From positions 768,001-832,000 of the forward strand of contig CAXXGO010000006.1 of the NCBI GenBank assembly GCA_963666835.2: 64,000 bases of DNA, written 5' to 3'. This document shows, piece after piece, positions 1 through 8,493 of this stretch. The first letter of the stretch is position 1; every line of letters begins with the position of its first letter. Origin of the DNA: Phycisphaerae bacterium (lineage in GTDB: Bacteria; Planctomycetota; Phycisphaerae; UBA1845). The notes beneath the pieces were generated by a model. It had not been told where the DNA came from. It saw only the letters and a program-made list of their open reading frames with translations, and ran no database searches. The position numbers were made by a program, and so were the translations under genes.

Positions 1-588
1 CAATCGTATGGCCTCCTCGAGGAAATCATTAAGGTCAAGAGTTCCTTCGTCGTGCGTTTGCGTAAGAACGTGCATACCAATTCCGTAAGGGTCAAACCGC
101 TCAGCGATGAGGATGTGGCCGCAGGTGTTGCGATCGACACCGAGGTTACCTTGGGCGTTGATCCCGAGGCGCACGACTTACCGCGTTTACGTGAGGTAGT
201 GGTCGAGTTCACCGACCGCGAAGGTAAACAGAAGCGGATGCGTTTGCTTACGGACTTGTTGGACATCCCGGCCTGGATGATCGCGCTGATCTACCAGCAC
301 CGGTGGCAAGTAGAGCTGTTCTTCCGATGGCTGAAGAGTTCTGCGAGTTTCCAGCATTTCTTCTCGGAAGGCGAATCCGGGATGACCGTGCAGGTCTACG
401 TGATGATGGTGGCGTTGCTGCTGATCGCGGTCGAGACTGGCTCGCGGCCATCGAAATACGACTTTGTGATTGTCTCAGCCGTAGTTTCCGGGTTAATGCC
501 GCGGCAAGGATCGTTCGAGATTGCTGAGCGACGGCGTCGTGAACGCCGCCGCGCCGCCGAACGGCAACGCGAAAAAAACAGGAAGTAG
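1..588 (+). CDS. IS4-family DDE transposase, C-terminal part (5' end outside window)
   Basis: Frame open from the window start. The segment RLLTDLLDIPAWMIALIYQHRWQVELFFRWLK matches the IS4 Y-(2)-R-(3)-E-(6)-K signature. Confidence 0.9.
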   Translation, partial: QSYGLLEEIIKVKSSFVVRLRKNVHTNSVRVKPLSDEDVAAGVAIDTEVTLGVDPEAHDLPRLREVVVEFTDREGKQKRMRLLTDLLDIPAWMIALIYQHRWQVELFFRWLKSSASFQHFFSEGESGMTVQVYVMMVALLLIAVETGSRPSKYDFVIVSAVVSGLMPRQGSFEIAERRRRERRRAAERQREKNRK

Positions 589-759
589 CGTTCCGCGCCG
601 GTCCGCAGCCCGACCAGCGCGGCTATCGGTATGCGCCGAGTAAGGCAGCTTGCGCCCGTCGCTCCACGGGGCCTGCGCCGCCCGCGCACCGCCTCAGCTC
701 GCGGCTCACGCCAGCGAGCCCGGATCCGCCGTGAAATCAACGGGTTCCGGACATTATTG
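1..759 (+). mobile_element. Right part of an IS4-family insertion sequence; right end probably at ...GGACATTATTG (759)
   Basis: Transposase followed by ~170 nt ending in ATTG, typical of IS4-family termini (CAAT...ATTG). The left end is not visible, so the end is inferred. Confidence 0.6.
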
Positions 760-835
760 GCATCTTGCCTGCATTTCGCGCAATGCACCGAACGACATCC
801 TTGCCCCGACATGGCTTCGGACAACGCGCGCCGTT

Positions 836-905
836 GCGGCAGGTCTCGTTCCTCGACCATGGCCTACAGCCGTTGCGGCAGGTCTCGTTCCTCGACCTGC
901 CCTAC
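836..905 (-). repeat. Two tandem copies of GTAG-type REP family A (GTAGGGCA(C)GGTCGAGG-ACGAGACCTGCCGC)
   Basis: Copies at 836-867 and 875-905. GTAG tetranucleotide followed by the imperfect palindrome GGCA-GGTC...GACC-TGCC. Confidence 0.85.
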
Positions 906-972
906 AGGGGGGCTGCGTGGGTGGCATGGGGCAGCCAGAGCATGGGCCAGCCAGGCCATGCCGCCCGGACGG

Positions 973-3615
973 CTATGGGGCTGGCGGTTTTCGCTTCAGG
1001 ATCGGTATCAAGGGGCAGGGTACGGGGTCGCGGCCGGGGGCGAAAAAGACTATGTCCGTGCCGGCTTCGCCCCGTCTGCCGGCAAGGCCGCCGTTGTCGA
1101 CGCCGTCTTCATTAACGGAATACAGAACAGGCTCGCCGTCGATCAAACGATAGCCGAACGGGACCCCCATGAACGGATCCATCTCGTTCACCGGGTCATC
1201 AGGTGAAAGGGCGCCCGTCAGCTCCACCGGCCAGGAGCCCTCCCGATTGCGGTATTCGCACAAGAGTGCCGCAACCATCGTCGCCGAGCGCTGAGTCCGT
1301 AGCCACCCCCTGCACCGATAGCGACCCAGTCCAATGGGGCTCCATGGACTGACCAACACCCACGCCGGTCGTTTCTCCAGCGATTCTACGAGATTATCGA
1401 GCCGCCGGCCAAGGGCGTCGAAGGTAACCGAATGCCATTGGTCCAGCTCATAGTCCAGAAAGTCGTATACGGCAACGACCTCCTCCATCGAAATCGTGCG
1501 GGCCAGTGCGCGACCCTCGTCGTGCATCAGTCCGGCAAAGCCGTACATGTTGCCGCCGTGCTTGTTGAGCAGGTCGAGATCAAAGTACGCGGCATCATCC
1601 TCACCGGTGCCCACCAGCCCCTGCTCGAGGATCTGAAGATCACGAATCCGGTGCCGAATCTTGGACAGATCCCATCTGGGCGGCACAGGGTCGCGCAATG
1701 TCCAAGGCAAATAGTCACCGGGCGCTGCTCCCGCCTCTCCAATATTCTCTAGAATCGCCAAAGTGGTCGCGTATAAGTTGATCCTGACGAGCACCGCCCT
1801 CGAAACGTGGCGGGGGCCGCGCCCATCCGACAGGTTTACGGCGATCGAGCGGGCAGCGTCCAGCCCGGCGATGGCCTGCTCTCGTTCGCCGGAAAGGTGA
1901 GCGACCCACGCCCGGGCAATCAGCGCTTCAGCCCCTTTCCAACCCGCCAGCGCGGCGGGCTGTTGTGTTCGAGAGACCCAATCTTTGGTGTATGAGGCCG
2001 TTTCGACCCCAAACTGAAAGCGATGGGTACGACAGGCGTCGACCAGGTCGGCCAGCTCCGACTCGTGCGCCGCCAACATCGCCCGGACCTCGGCCTGGGC
2101 AGCGGCATCGCCGACCCGCACGGTTTCGGCGACGTGCAGCGGGATCTCGTCCAAGAAAGAAGCCACCCGACTTTCGAAGTCGTCATCCGGAATTCGGTTC
2201 AACGCTCGCACTTCCGGCAGGTTCGGATAGATTGCGGCAATCTCCGCCAACCGGTTCTTCGCCCAGTAAGCCTCGTCCAGTTGGTCCATCATGAACCGCT
2301 GGTTCCGGCGAACCGCCCTGGCGCGAACCTGATCCGTGGCTCGGGCGACCACGGCCTGACGATATAGCACGAAGGTGGTAACAGCGAAGGCGACCAGCGC
2401 CACCAGGACCGTAAGCACCGCGGCCACGCGCCAGCGATAACGCCGCAGAGTCTTACGCAGCACGTACAAGGTGCTGTCCCGCTTGGCCTCGATCGCATCG
2501 CCGGCAAGATAACGCCGCAGGTCATCGGCCATAGCCGCCGCCGACTGATACCGGCGGCTCGGCTCTTTATCCAAAGCGCGCAGGACGATGGTATCGACGT
2601 CGTCATCGAGTCCCCGGCGAATGCCGGACGGTTTGCGGGGCGGCGTATCGAGGATGTGCCGGGCGATAACCTCGCGCGGCTCGTTCATTACCGGATACGG
2701 AAGCGCATCGGTGAACATTTCGAAGAGAATCACGCCGAGGGCGTAGACGTCGCTGCGCACGTCGACTCGACTGCGGTCACGCCGGGCTTGTTCGGGCGAA
2801 GCGTAATACCAAGTGCCCGCCAGCACCCCCGGCTCGGTTATTCCAAGCGAGACCACCGCCGACGAACCCAGGGGAATCGGTTTAGCCAACCCGAAGTCGA
2901 CAATCCGAGCCGCCCCGGACGAGTCGACCAGCACGTTTGCGGGCTTAAGGTCCCGGTGAAGGACTCCGCGCTGATGAGCGTAAGCCACGGCATCGCAGAT
3001 TTGCAGAAACAGCTCGATCGTCTCGCGCGGGTTAAACTCGGTCTTAGCGAGATACTCGCCGAGCAGGTCGCCGTCGACGTACTCCATGGCGAAAAAGTCG
3101 TGACCGTCTTCCCGCCCGCATTCGTAGATTGAAACTATATTGGGATGGTCCAGGCGGGAGGCGAGTTCGACTTCGGCCTCAAACCGGCGGTGCTCGGCCC
3201 GAGAGGCGAACGTCCCTTCGCGGATCGCTTTGAGGGCGACGGTCCGCCCGGTTCCCAGTTGCTCGGCCCGGTAGACGATCCCCTGACTGCCCGCACCGAT
3301 CTCCTCCAACAGGCGGAACCGCCGGATCTTGGGAAGCTGCGCGGAGCCGCCGTCTTCACCCCAGGCCAGCAGAGAACTGGACTCGGGCGGAGCAATTACC
3401 CGCCCGGCCGTGATACCCATCGAACCCGCCCGATCACCCGCCAGTTCCGCGTCGACGGTCTGCATATCGTCAAGAAACTCGCGCAGCTCGACGGCGCAGG
3501 TGGGAAACCGATCGATGAACTCTTCAGGGTCGGGCGGCTCACCCCGATCGACTCCGGCTAAGTACTCGGCAATAGCCCGTTCGAGATCCGGACCACTTCC
3601 ACCCGGCGAGTTCAT
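973..3615 (-). CDS. Membrane-anchored Hanks-type Ser/Thr protein kinase with large extracytoplasmic domain
   Basis: IGAGSQGIVY (Gly loop), VALK, HRDLKPAN, DFG and GTWYYASPE motifs. TM segment VAAVLTVLVALVAFAVTTFVLY. Start overlaps the upstream sigma factor stop (ATGA). Confidence 0.95.
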   Translation of the reverse strand: MNSPGGSGPDLERAIAEYLAGVDRGEPPDPEEFIDRFPTCAVELREFLDDMQTVDAELAGDRAGSMGITAGRVIAPPESSSLLAWGEDGGSAQLPKIRRFRLLEEIGAGSQGIVYRAEQLGTGRTVALKAIREGTFASRAEHRRFEAEVELASRLDHPNIVSIYECGREDGHDFFAMEYVDGDLLGEYLAKTEFNPRETIELFLQICDAVAYAHQRGVLHRDLKPANVLVDSSGAARIVDFGLAKPIPLGSSAVVSLGITEPGVLAGTWYYASPEQARRDRSRVDVRSDVYALGVILFEMFTDALPYPVMNEPREVIARHILDTPPRKPSGIRRGLDDDVDTIVLRALDKEPSRRYQSAAAMADDLRRYLAGDAIEAKRDSTLYVLRKTLRRYRWRVAAVLTVLVALVAFAVTTFVLYRQAVVARATDQVRARAVRRNQRFMMDQLDEAYWAKNRLAEIAAIYPNLPEVRALNRIPDDDFESRVASFLDEIPLHVAETVRVGDAAAQAEVRAMLAAHESELADLVDACRTHRFQFGVETASYTKDWVSRTQQPAALAGWKGAEALIARAWVAHLSGEREQAIAGLDAARSIAVNLSDGRGPRHVSRAVLVRINLYATTLAILENIGEAGAAPGDYLPWTLRDPVPPRWDLSKIRHRIRDLQILEQGLVGTGEDDAAYFDLDLLNKHGGNMYGFAGLMHDEGRALARTISMEEVVAVYDFLDYELDQWHSVTFDALGRRLDNLVESLEKRPAWVLVSPWSPIGLGRYRCRGWLRTQRSATMVAALLCEYRNREGSWPVELTGALSPDDPVNEMDPFMGVPFGYRLIDGEPVLYSVNEDGVDNGGLAGRRGEAGTDIVFFAPGRDPVPCPLIPILKRKPPAP

Positions 3616-4226
3616 GGCGTCCTCAGCTTCTTACTAAGCAACCGATTCGCTCGGCGGATCAACTGAACGGTCGCCCCGGTGGTTCGGCCGATGCGCTCAG
3701 CTACCTCGGCCAGGGTGTGCCCCTCGAGGCGGTAGAGCACCAACACGTTTCGGTAATGCTCCGGCAGTTCGAGCATTGCCTGCTTCAACCGGTTCTGGTG
3801 TTCGTTCCGGGCAACAACACTCGACGGCGTCCTGTTCTTCGAAAGCAGATGTCGTTCGGGCACGCCGATACCGGTGGATGACTGACGCCTGATCGGCACC
3901 TCGGCCGGGCAGCGTTTGCTCTGGTAGATCGACTCTGCGATGGTACGGCGAGCGATGGTGCGGATCCACGCGCGAAACGGCTTCTCTCCGCGGAACACGA
4001 ACTTCGGAGCACTGGCCAGAGCCTGGGCGAGAGTCTCCTGGCAGATGTCATCGACGGAAGTGCGCGCCAGAATGTCGGCCCCGGCCCGCCTTCTGATGAA
4101 CCTACGGATGGCATCACGTTCTTCGCAGAAGTGTTGTTCTATAAGCTGGACATTCGCCGCATTCGGAATCAACAAACTGCTCCCTTCGCCGTCCCAACGT
4201 CCGCCCATACTTGCAGTCAAGACCAT
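3612..4226 (-). CDS. ECF-type RNA polymerase sigma factor, kinase-associated planctomycete type (start uncertain)
   Basis: Region 2 (SVDDICQETL...FRAWIRTIARR), TPS linker and region 4 HTH (LPEHYRNVLVL...TLAEVAERIGRT). Translationally coupled to the kinase. Confidence 0.9.
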   Translation of the reverse strand: MVLTASMGGRWDGEGSSLLIPNAANVQLIEQHFCEERDAIRRFIRRRAGADILARTSVDDICQETLAQALASAPKFVFRGEKPFRAWIRTIARRTIAESIYQSKRCPAEVPIRRQSSTGIGVPERHLLSKNRTPSSVVARNEHQNRLKQAMLELPEHYRNVLVLYRLEGHTLAEVAERIGRTTGATVQLIRRANRLLSKKLRTP

Positions 4227-4576
4227 TGTACCGCCGCCCGCCGGCAGATCACAGGGTTTGCACCGTAGACGTCCCGGCGCTTCGTTAGCGTCCACCCGGT
4301 ACCCCCGCGCGGGCGTCTCGTCCATTCCGGCGTCTGCCCGCCAGGAACAGCCGTGCCGACTCCCCGCCGGAATGGATGGGAGACGGGCGCTAAAAACACG
4401 AGATTTTCCTGCTAATGCGCGTAAAGTCCCGGCCGTCTTCCCCATTAGAAGGCTATGGGAACGTGGCGTTTGCGAAGACCGGCCTCTAGGGGTGAATTAT
4501 TTAGACTAAGGGGAGACCTGTGTCCTTATTATGCAACTCTTCAGAGCGTTCGGCCGGCTTCTTGGCGGAGCGATAT

Positions 4577-5722
4577 ATGACTCACGGTACCCGAGAGGAG
4601 GCGACCGCGGGTCGATCAACGCCTGCCTGGAAGCTGCGGTTTGTCGGAGCGCGCGATGTCGGGTTGGCGGACTCGGTGTATCTGCCGGCCGCGGTCTCGC
4701 ACGGTCTGACAATCGTAGTGACGGAACGTCTGGGCGGTGGAGGCATGGCGGTCGGTGAAAACCAGGCGGACGGGCCGTACGCGGCCGAGGTTGCGGAGTG
4801 TCTTCGGCGGTATCCGTTGGCTTTGGTTTCGCCGGCGTTCGCCACTTCGGCGAGGTTCGATCGGGTGCTCCGCGGGGTGTCGATTCGGCAGATCATCGTG
4901 GACGTGGCCACGGTTGCCGGGGCGGGTCGGGGCCGGTCGGACGATCAACTCCTGCGAGAGATTGCCACGTGCTTCCCGACCAGCCGGGTAATAGCACGGC
5001 GGGCTCTTTCGTCCGGTGGAGAACGGGCTCTAAGCGTTATTCAAGCGGGTCATCGGGATACCATAGTTGTGGTAAGTGACCTCACTCGCCACAACGTGAG
5101 CCTCGCGGTGGAGCCCCGGTCTGAAGCAGCGATCGCTCAGATCTTGTCCTTTGTCCAGGTTCGCGCCGGACGCCCGGGCGTGGTGTATACCGCGGACCGG
5201 GCCGCCGCCGACCGTCTTTCGGACAAGCTTACGAGCAACGGCATCCGCATCGTACACTACTGCAATGGGGAGGAGGCTCATCCACCGCGGGCGAAGGCCG
5301 AGGAATTCAACTCTGGTCGGTCGAACGTAATCATCGCTCGGGTCGGCCGAGGCTTGGGCATCGACCGGTCCGACGTCGAGTACGTACTGCACACTTCAAT
5401 GCCACGGTCCCTGGCCATGTATCTTCAGGATCTTCGCGTAGCCACCCGGGGACGTAGGTGTTCCGAGTGTCTGATTCTCTATTCGCGCAATGACGTACGG
5501 AGGTGGGCGGTGAATCTGCGTGTGGTCCGACCGGATGCCGCCTGTAAGATGCGGATCGACCAACTGCACGCAATGGATGCGTACTGCCGGTCAACGTACT
5601 GCCGGCACGCCCAGCTTCTCGAGTACCTTCACCCGGAACTCGACCTGTCGTCCTCCGATGACATCTCTTGCTGTCGTTGCGATGTGTGCATGAACGGTAT
5701 CGACGCGCGTCGTCGCGGTTGA
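4577..5722 (+). CDS. RecQ-like protein with degenerate ATPase motifs and retained RecQ Zn-binding domain
   Basis: RecQ-like segments LPA..GLTIVV, R.NVSLAV, GVVY, GLGIDRSDVEYVLH.SMPRS and CRH..LLEY...CCRCDVC. Walker A, DEAH and QExGRAGR are not conserved. Confidence 0.8.
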   Translation: MTHGTREEATAGRSTPAWKLRFVGARDVGLADSVYLPAAVSHGLTIVVTERLGGGGMAVGENQADGPYAAEVAECLRRYPLALVSPAFATSARFDRVLRGVSIRQIIVDVATVAGAGRGRSDDQLLREIATCFPTSRVIARRALSSGGERALSVIQAGHRDTIVVVSDLTRHNVSLAVEPRSEAAIAQILSFVQVRAGRPGVVYTADRAAADRLSDKLTSNGIRIVHYCNGEEAHPPRAKAEEFNSGRSNVIIARVGRGLGIDRSDVEYVLHTSMPRSLAMYLQDLRVATRGRRCSECLILYSRNDVRRWAVNLRVVRPDAACKMRIDQLHAMDAYCRSTYCRHAQLLEYLHPELDLSSSDDISCCRCDVCMNGIDARRRG

Positions 5723-5982
5723 CCGGCGATCCGGTTCTGGCACGGGCGAGAAACAAAACCTGCCGCAACCTTTGCGTTTGTAGCGGCGTCTCCGCCGGGT
5801 GCGCGGCGAAACCACGTTCGGGGTTTTCCACCTTTTCGGACACCAAGTGTCGCCGGAGAATCGGTGCAGACGGAACACATTCGACCCCATGCAGGGGCAG
5901 GGCGAGACTCGCCGGGGCATGCGTACCAGTCAGCCCCGGCCGGAATCGCCGCGGAGAAACGGCAAACCAAAGGGAGACGATT

Positions 5983-7494
5983 ATGGTTCATGTCAATACC
6001 GTCCGACGGATAGCTTGTACATGCACGGGGCTGATCTTGGTGATGTTGTTGGGTGGTTGCCCGTCACCCGCGACACCGGGGAATTTCGCGAACGCGGGCG
6101 ACTTCGGGGCTACTCAAGGCGGCGTGCAGGATATGGGGGCCGCCCGTGAACTAATCGCCAGTGGCCGGGTGCCGCCGCCTGAAGCGTTCGTCGTCGAGGG
6201 AATGTTCACTGAACACGACTTAGGGCTGGAGGGGGAGGCTTGCGATCGAGTTCTCTGCCTGCGATCGGCTATCGGTATTGCACCCTCGATCGACGGGGAA
6301 TCCAGCGGTTGGTTGCAGGTAGGGCTGTCTTCGACGATCGACCCGGATACGTTCGAACGCCCGAGTCTTAGTCTGATCGCCACGGTGGATGTCTCGGGCT
6401 CTATGGGATGGGAGTACACTACCCCCAACACCGAGTACCCGACCCCCGGCGAGGTATCACGAAACCTGCTTTCGGCGATTGCCGCCGAACTTGGGCCGCA
6501 AGATCAGATTGCGATTGTCACATACGGAACGGAATCGCAGACCGTATTGCCGCTGACCAACGGAGAGGATCAGGTCACGATTCAGGCGGCTATTGATGCC
6601 CTTAGCACGGGCGGCGTGACGGCTATGGAAGCGGGGCTCCAAGACGCTTACGCGCTTGCCGAGGAAGCCGGCGGCGTTACCGAACAAGTGCGGGTGATGC
6701 TGTTTACCGATCTGCAGCCCAATGTGGGGGCAACCGAGCCGAGCGAGTTCGAGGAGATCGTCGCGAACGGGGCGAACGGTGGGGTAGGTCTGACCGTTAT
6801 GGGGGTCGGGGTCGGGCTGGGCCAGGAGCTTCTGAACGCGATCAGTCACTTGCGCGGGGGCAACGCGTTCAGCCTGTTCGACAATGAAGACGTCACGGAC
6901 CTGCTGACGGACGACTGGCCCTTCCTGGTAAGCCCGATCGCATACAACCTGACGATGGAAGTGACCCTGAGCGTAGGCTTTGAAGTCGCCGATGCGTACG
7001 GGTTCCCATCGGGTGATGACGAGGTAGCTACCGGCTACGACGTCGCCACGGTGTTCCTGAGTCGCCGCAAAGGGGCTTTGCTGTTACGTCTTGCCGCTGC
7101 GGAGGCTGAGGAGTTCACGGGAATGAGCGTTTCCGGTGATCTATCTTACGATACTCCCGATGGTCAAGCAGTAACCGAGAGCATCGAATCGACCTATGCG
7201 GGGGAACCGCTCGACGAACGCGGGCAGTTCTTTGAGCAGGATTCGGTCGGCGCAACGGTGGCGCTGGCCGTGCTGGTTTCGGCAATGAACCAGGCGGCTA
7301 CGGAATACGCCGAAGATCAAGAGCTGGCCATCGGAACGATGCAGGTGGCGTTGGCTCGCTTCTCCGGTGATGTGGAATCTCTGAATAACGACGCCCTGAC
7401 CGCCGAAGTCGAGCTGGCCGGCGATCTGCTGGAACTCATGAAGCAAGGCGCCGAGCAGGGCGATCTCTACGGCTACGGCATCGACGGCTGGTAA
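5983..7494 (+). CDS. VWA-domain lipoprotein (YfbK-like)
   Basis: Lipobox LLGGC after a hydrophobic stretch. MIDAS DVSGSM, GGVTAMEAGL and MLFTD motifs. Acidic composition. Confidence 0.85.
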   Translation: MVHVNTVRRIACTCTGLILVMLLGGCPSPATPGNFANAGDFGATQGGVQDMGAARELIASGRVPPPEAFVVEGMFTEHDLGLEGEACDRVLCLRSAIGIAPSIDGESSGWLQVGLSSTIDPDTFERPSLSLIATVDVSGSMGWEYTTPNTEYPTPGEVSRNLLSAIAAELGPQDQIAIVTYGTESQTVLPLTNGEDQVTIQAAIDALSTGGVTAMEAGLQDAYALAEEAGGVTEQVRVMLFTDLQPNVGATEPSEFEEIVANGANGGVGLTVMGVGVGLGQELLNAISHLRGGNAFSLFDNEDVTDLLTDDWPFLVSPIAYNLTMEVTLSVGFEVADAYGFPSGDDEVATGYDVATVFLSRRKGALLLRLAAAEAEEFTGMSVSGDLSYDTPDGQAVTESIESTYAGEPLDERGQFFEQDSVGATVALAVLVSAMNQAATEYAEDQELAIGTMQVALARFSGDVESLNNDALTAEVELAGDLLELMKQGAEQGDLYGYGIDGW

Positions 7495-7505
7495 ACGTCC
7501 GGGTC

Positions 7506-8333
7506 TGGTGCCCTATCTATGCCGGCGTTTAGGCGGGTGCCCCATGCCGGCGCGGATGCCCTATCCATGCCGGCGTTCAGCGTGCTTAAACAGCCGCATT
7601 GCCCCGCCGCCGGCATGGGTGGGGGACGGATCGCGTAGGGCACGGTCGAGGCACGAGACCTGCCGAGAGGGCGTGCGTCACGCGGGCGTGCGGTAAGCCG
7701 TCCCGTTAGGAACGCAGGCAAGTAGCCACGGGTGGAGCGCAGCGGAACCCGTGGGGGGATTCGCTCTCCACATCCTCTCGTCCCGAAGGGCCGGCGGAAG
7801 GCCTCGCAAGCCGCGCGAGGCCGTCGGTCACCCGTATGCCACGGTCGGGGTGCGAGACGTGTCGTACCCTTTTCATGGCACGCGCCATTGCGGCAGGTCT
7901 CGTACCTCGACCATGCCCTACAAGTCTTTGCGCGACGTGCGTTTTCCGAACTTACGCCGAAGGCGTTTCACAACAAAGACCAGGGTAAACGACGCGGCGC
8001 AGCCGCGTCAGTGCCACCCTGCGTCACATCGCCCCCTTTCCACACCAACCCCGAAGTGGGTTGAACAACGGCGCAACCCCGTCGGGGTTGATCTTCGATG
8101 TGATCATGATCCCAGGGTATCCGCTGCGCGGCAACCCTGGGCTGTAGGGCGTAACGCCTTCGGCGTACTTCGGTACGCCGGAGTATTCTCGCGCCGTGGC
8201 GAGTACCCATCCATGCCGGCGCGGATGCCCTATCCATGCCGGCGTTCAGCGTGCTTAAACAGCCGCATCGCCCCGCCGCCGGCATGGGTGGGGGACGGAT
8301 CGCGTAGGGCACGGTCGAGGCACGAGACCTGCC
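7506..8333. repeat. Intergenic mosaic of REP/MITE-like elements (families A, B and others)
   Basis: Family B copies at 7554-7626 and 8223-8295, each followed by family A (7635-7664, 8304-8333). Inverted A copy at 7890-7921. The 7698-7800 element is related to 62098-62196. Confidence 0.85.
7953..8167. mobile_element. MITE/REPIN-like element with 15-bp terminal inverted repeats
   Basis: TACGCCGAAGGCGTT (7953-7967) and AACGCCTTCGGCGTA (8153-8167). Internal hairpins AACCCC..GGGTT and CCCAGGGT..ACCCTGGG. No credible ORF. Confidence 0.7.
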
Positions 8334-8493
8334 ATGATGGGTGGCACTCCGCTGACTCACGCAGTGGAGCGCCATCCGCTATTCGATCTCGCGTTAGGGT
8401 CACCGGCCGGCTTAGCTTGCCCGTGGTAGATAGTGACGGATTACCGACACTATATGGTGTTGCCACTGGTGTGGCAGTTCGAGTCCCGGGCGG

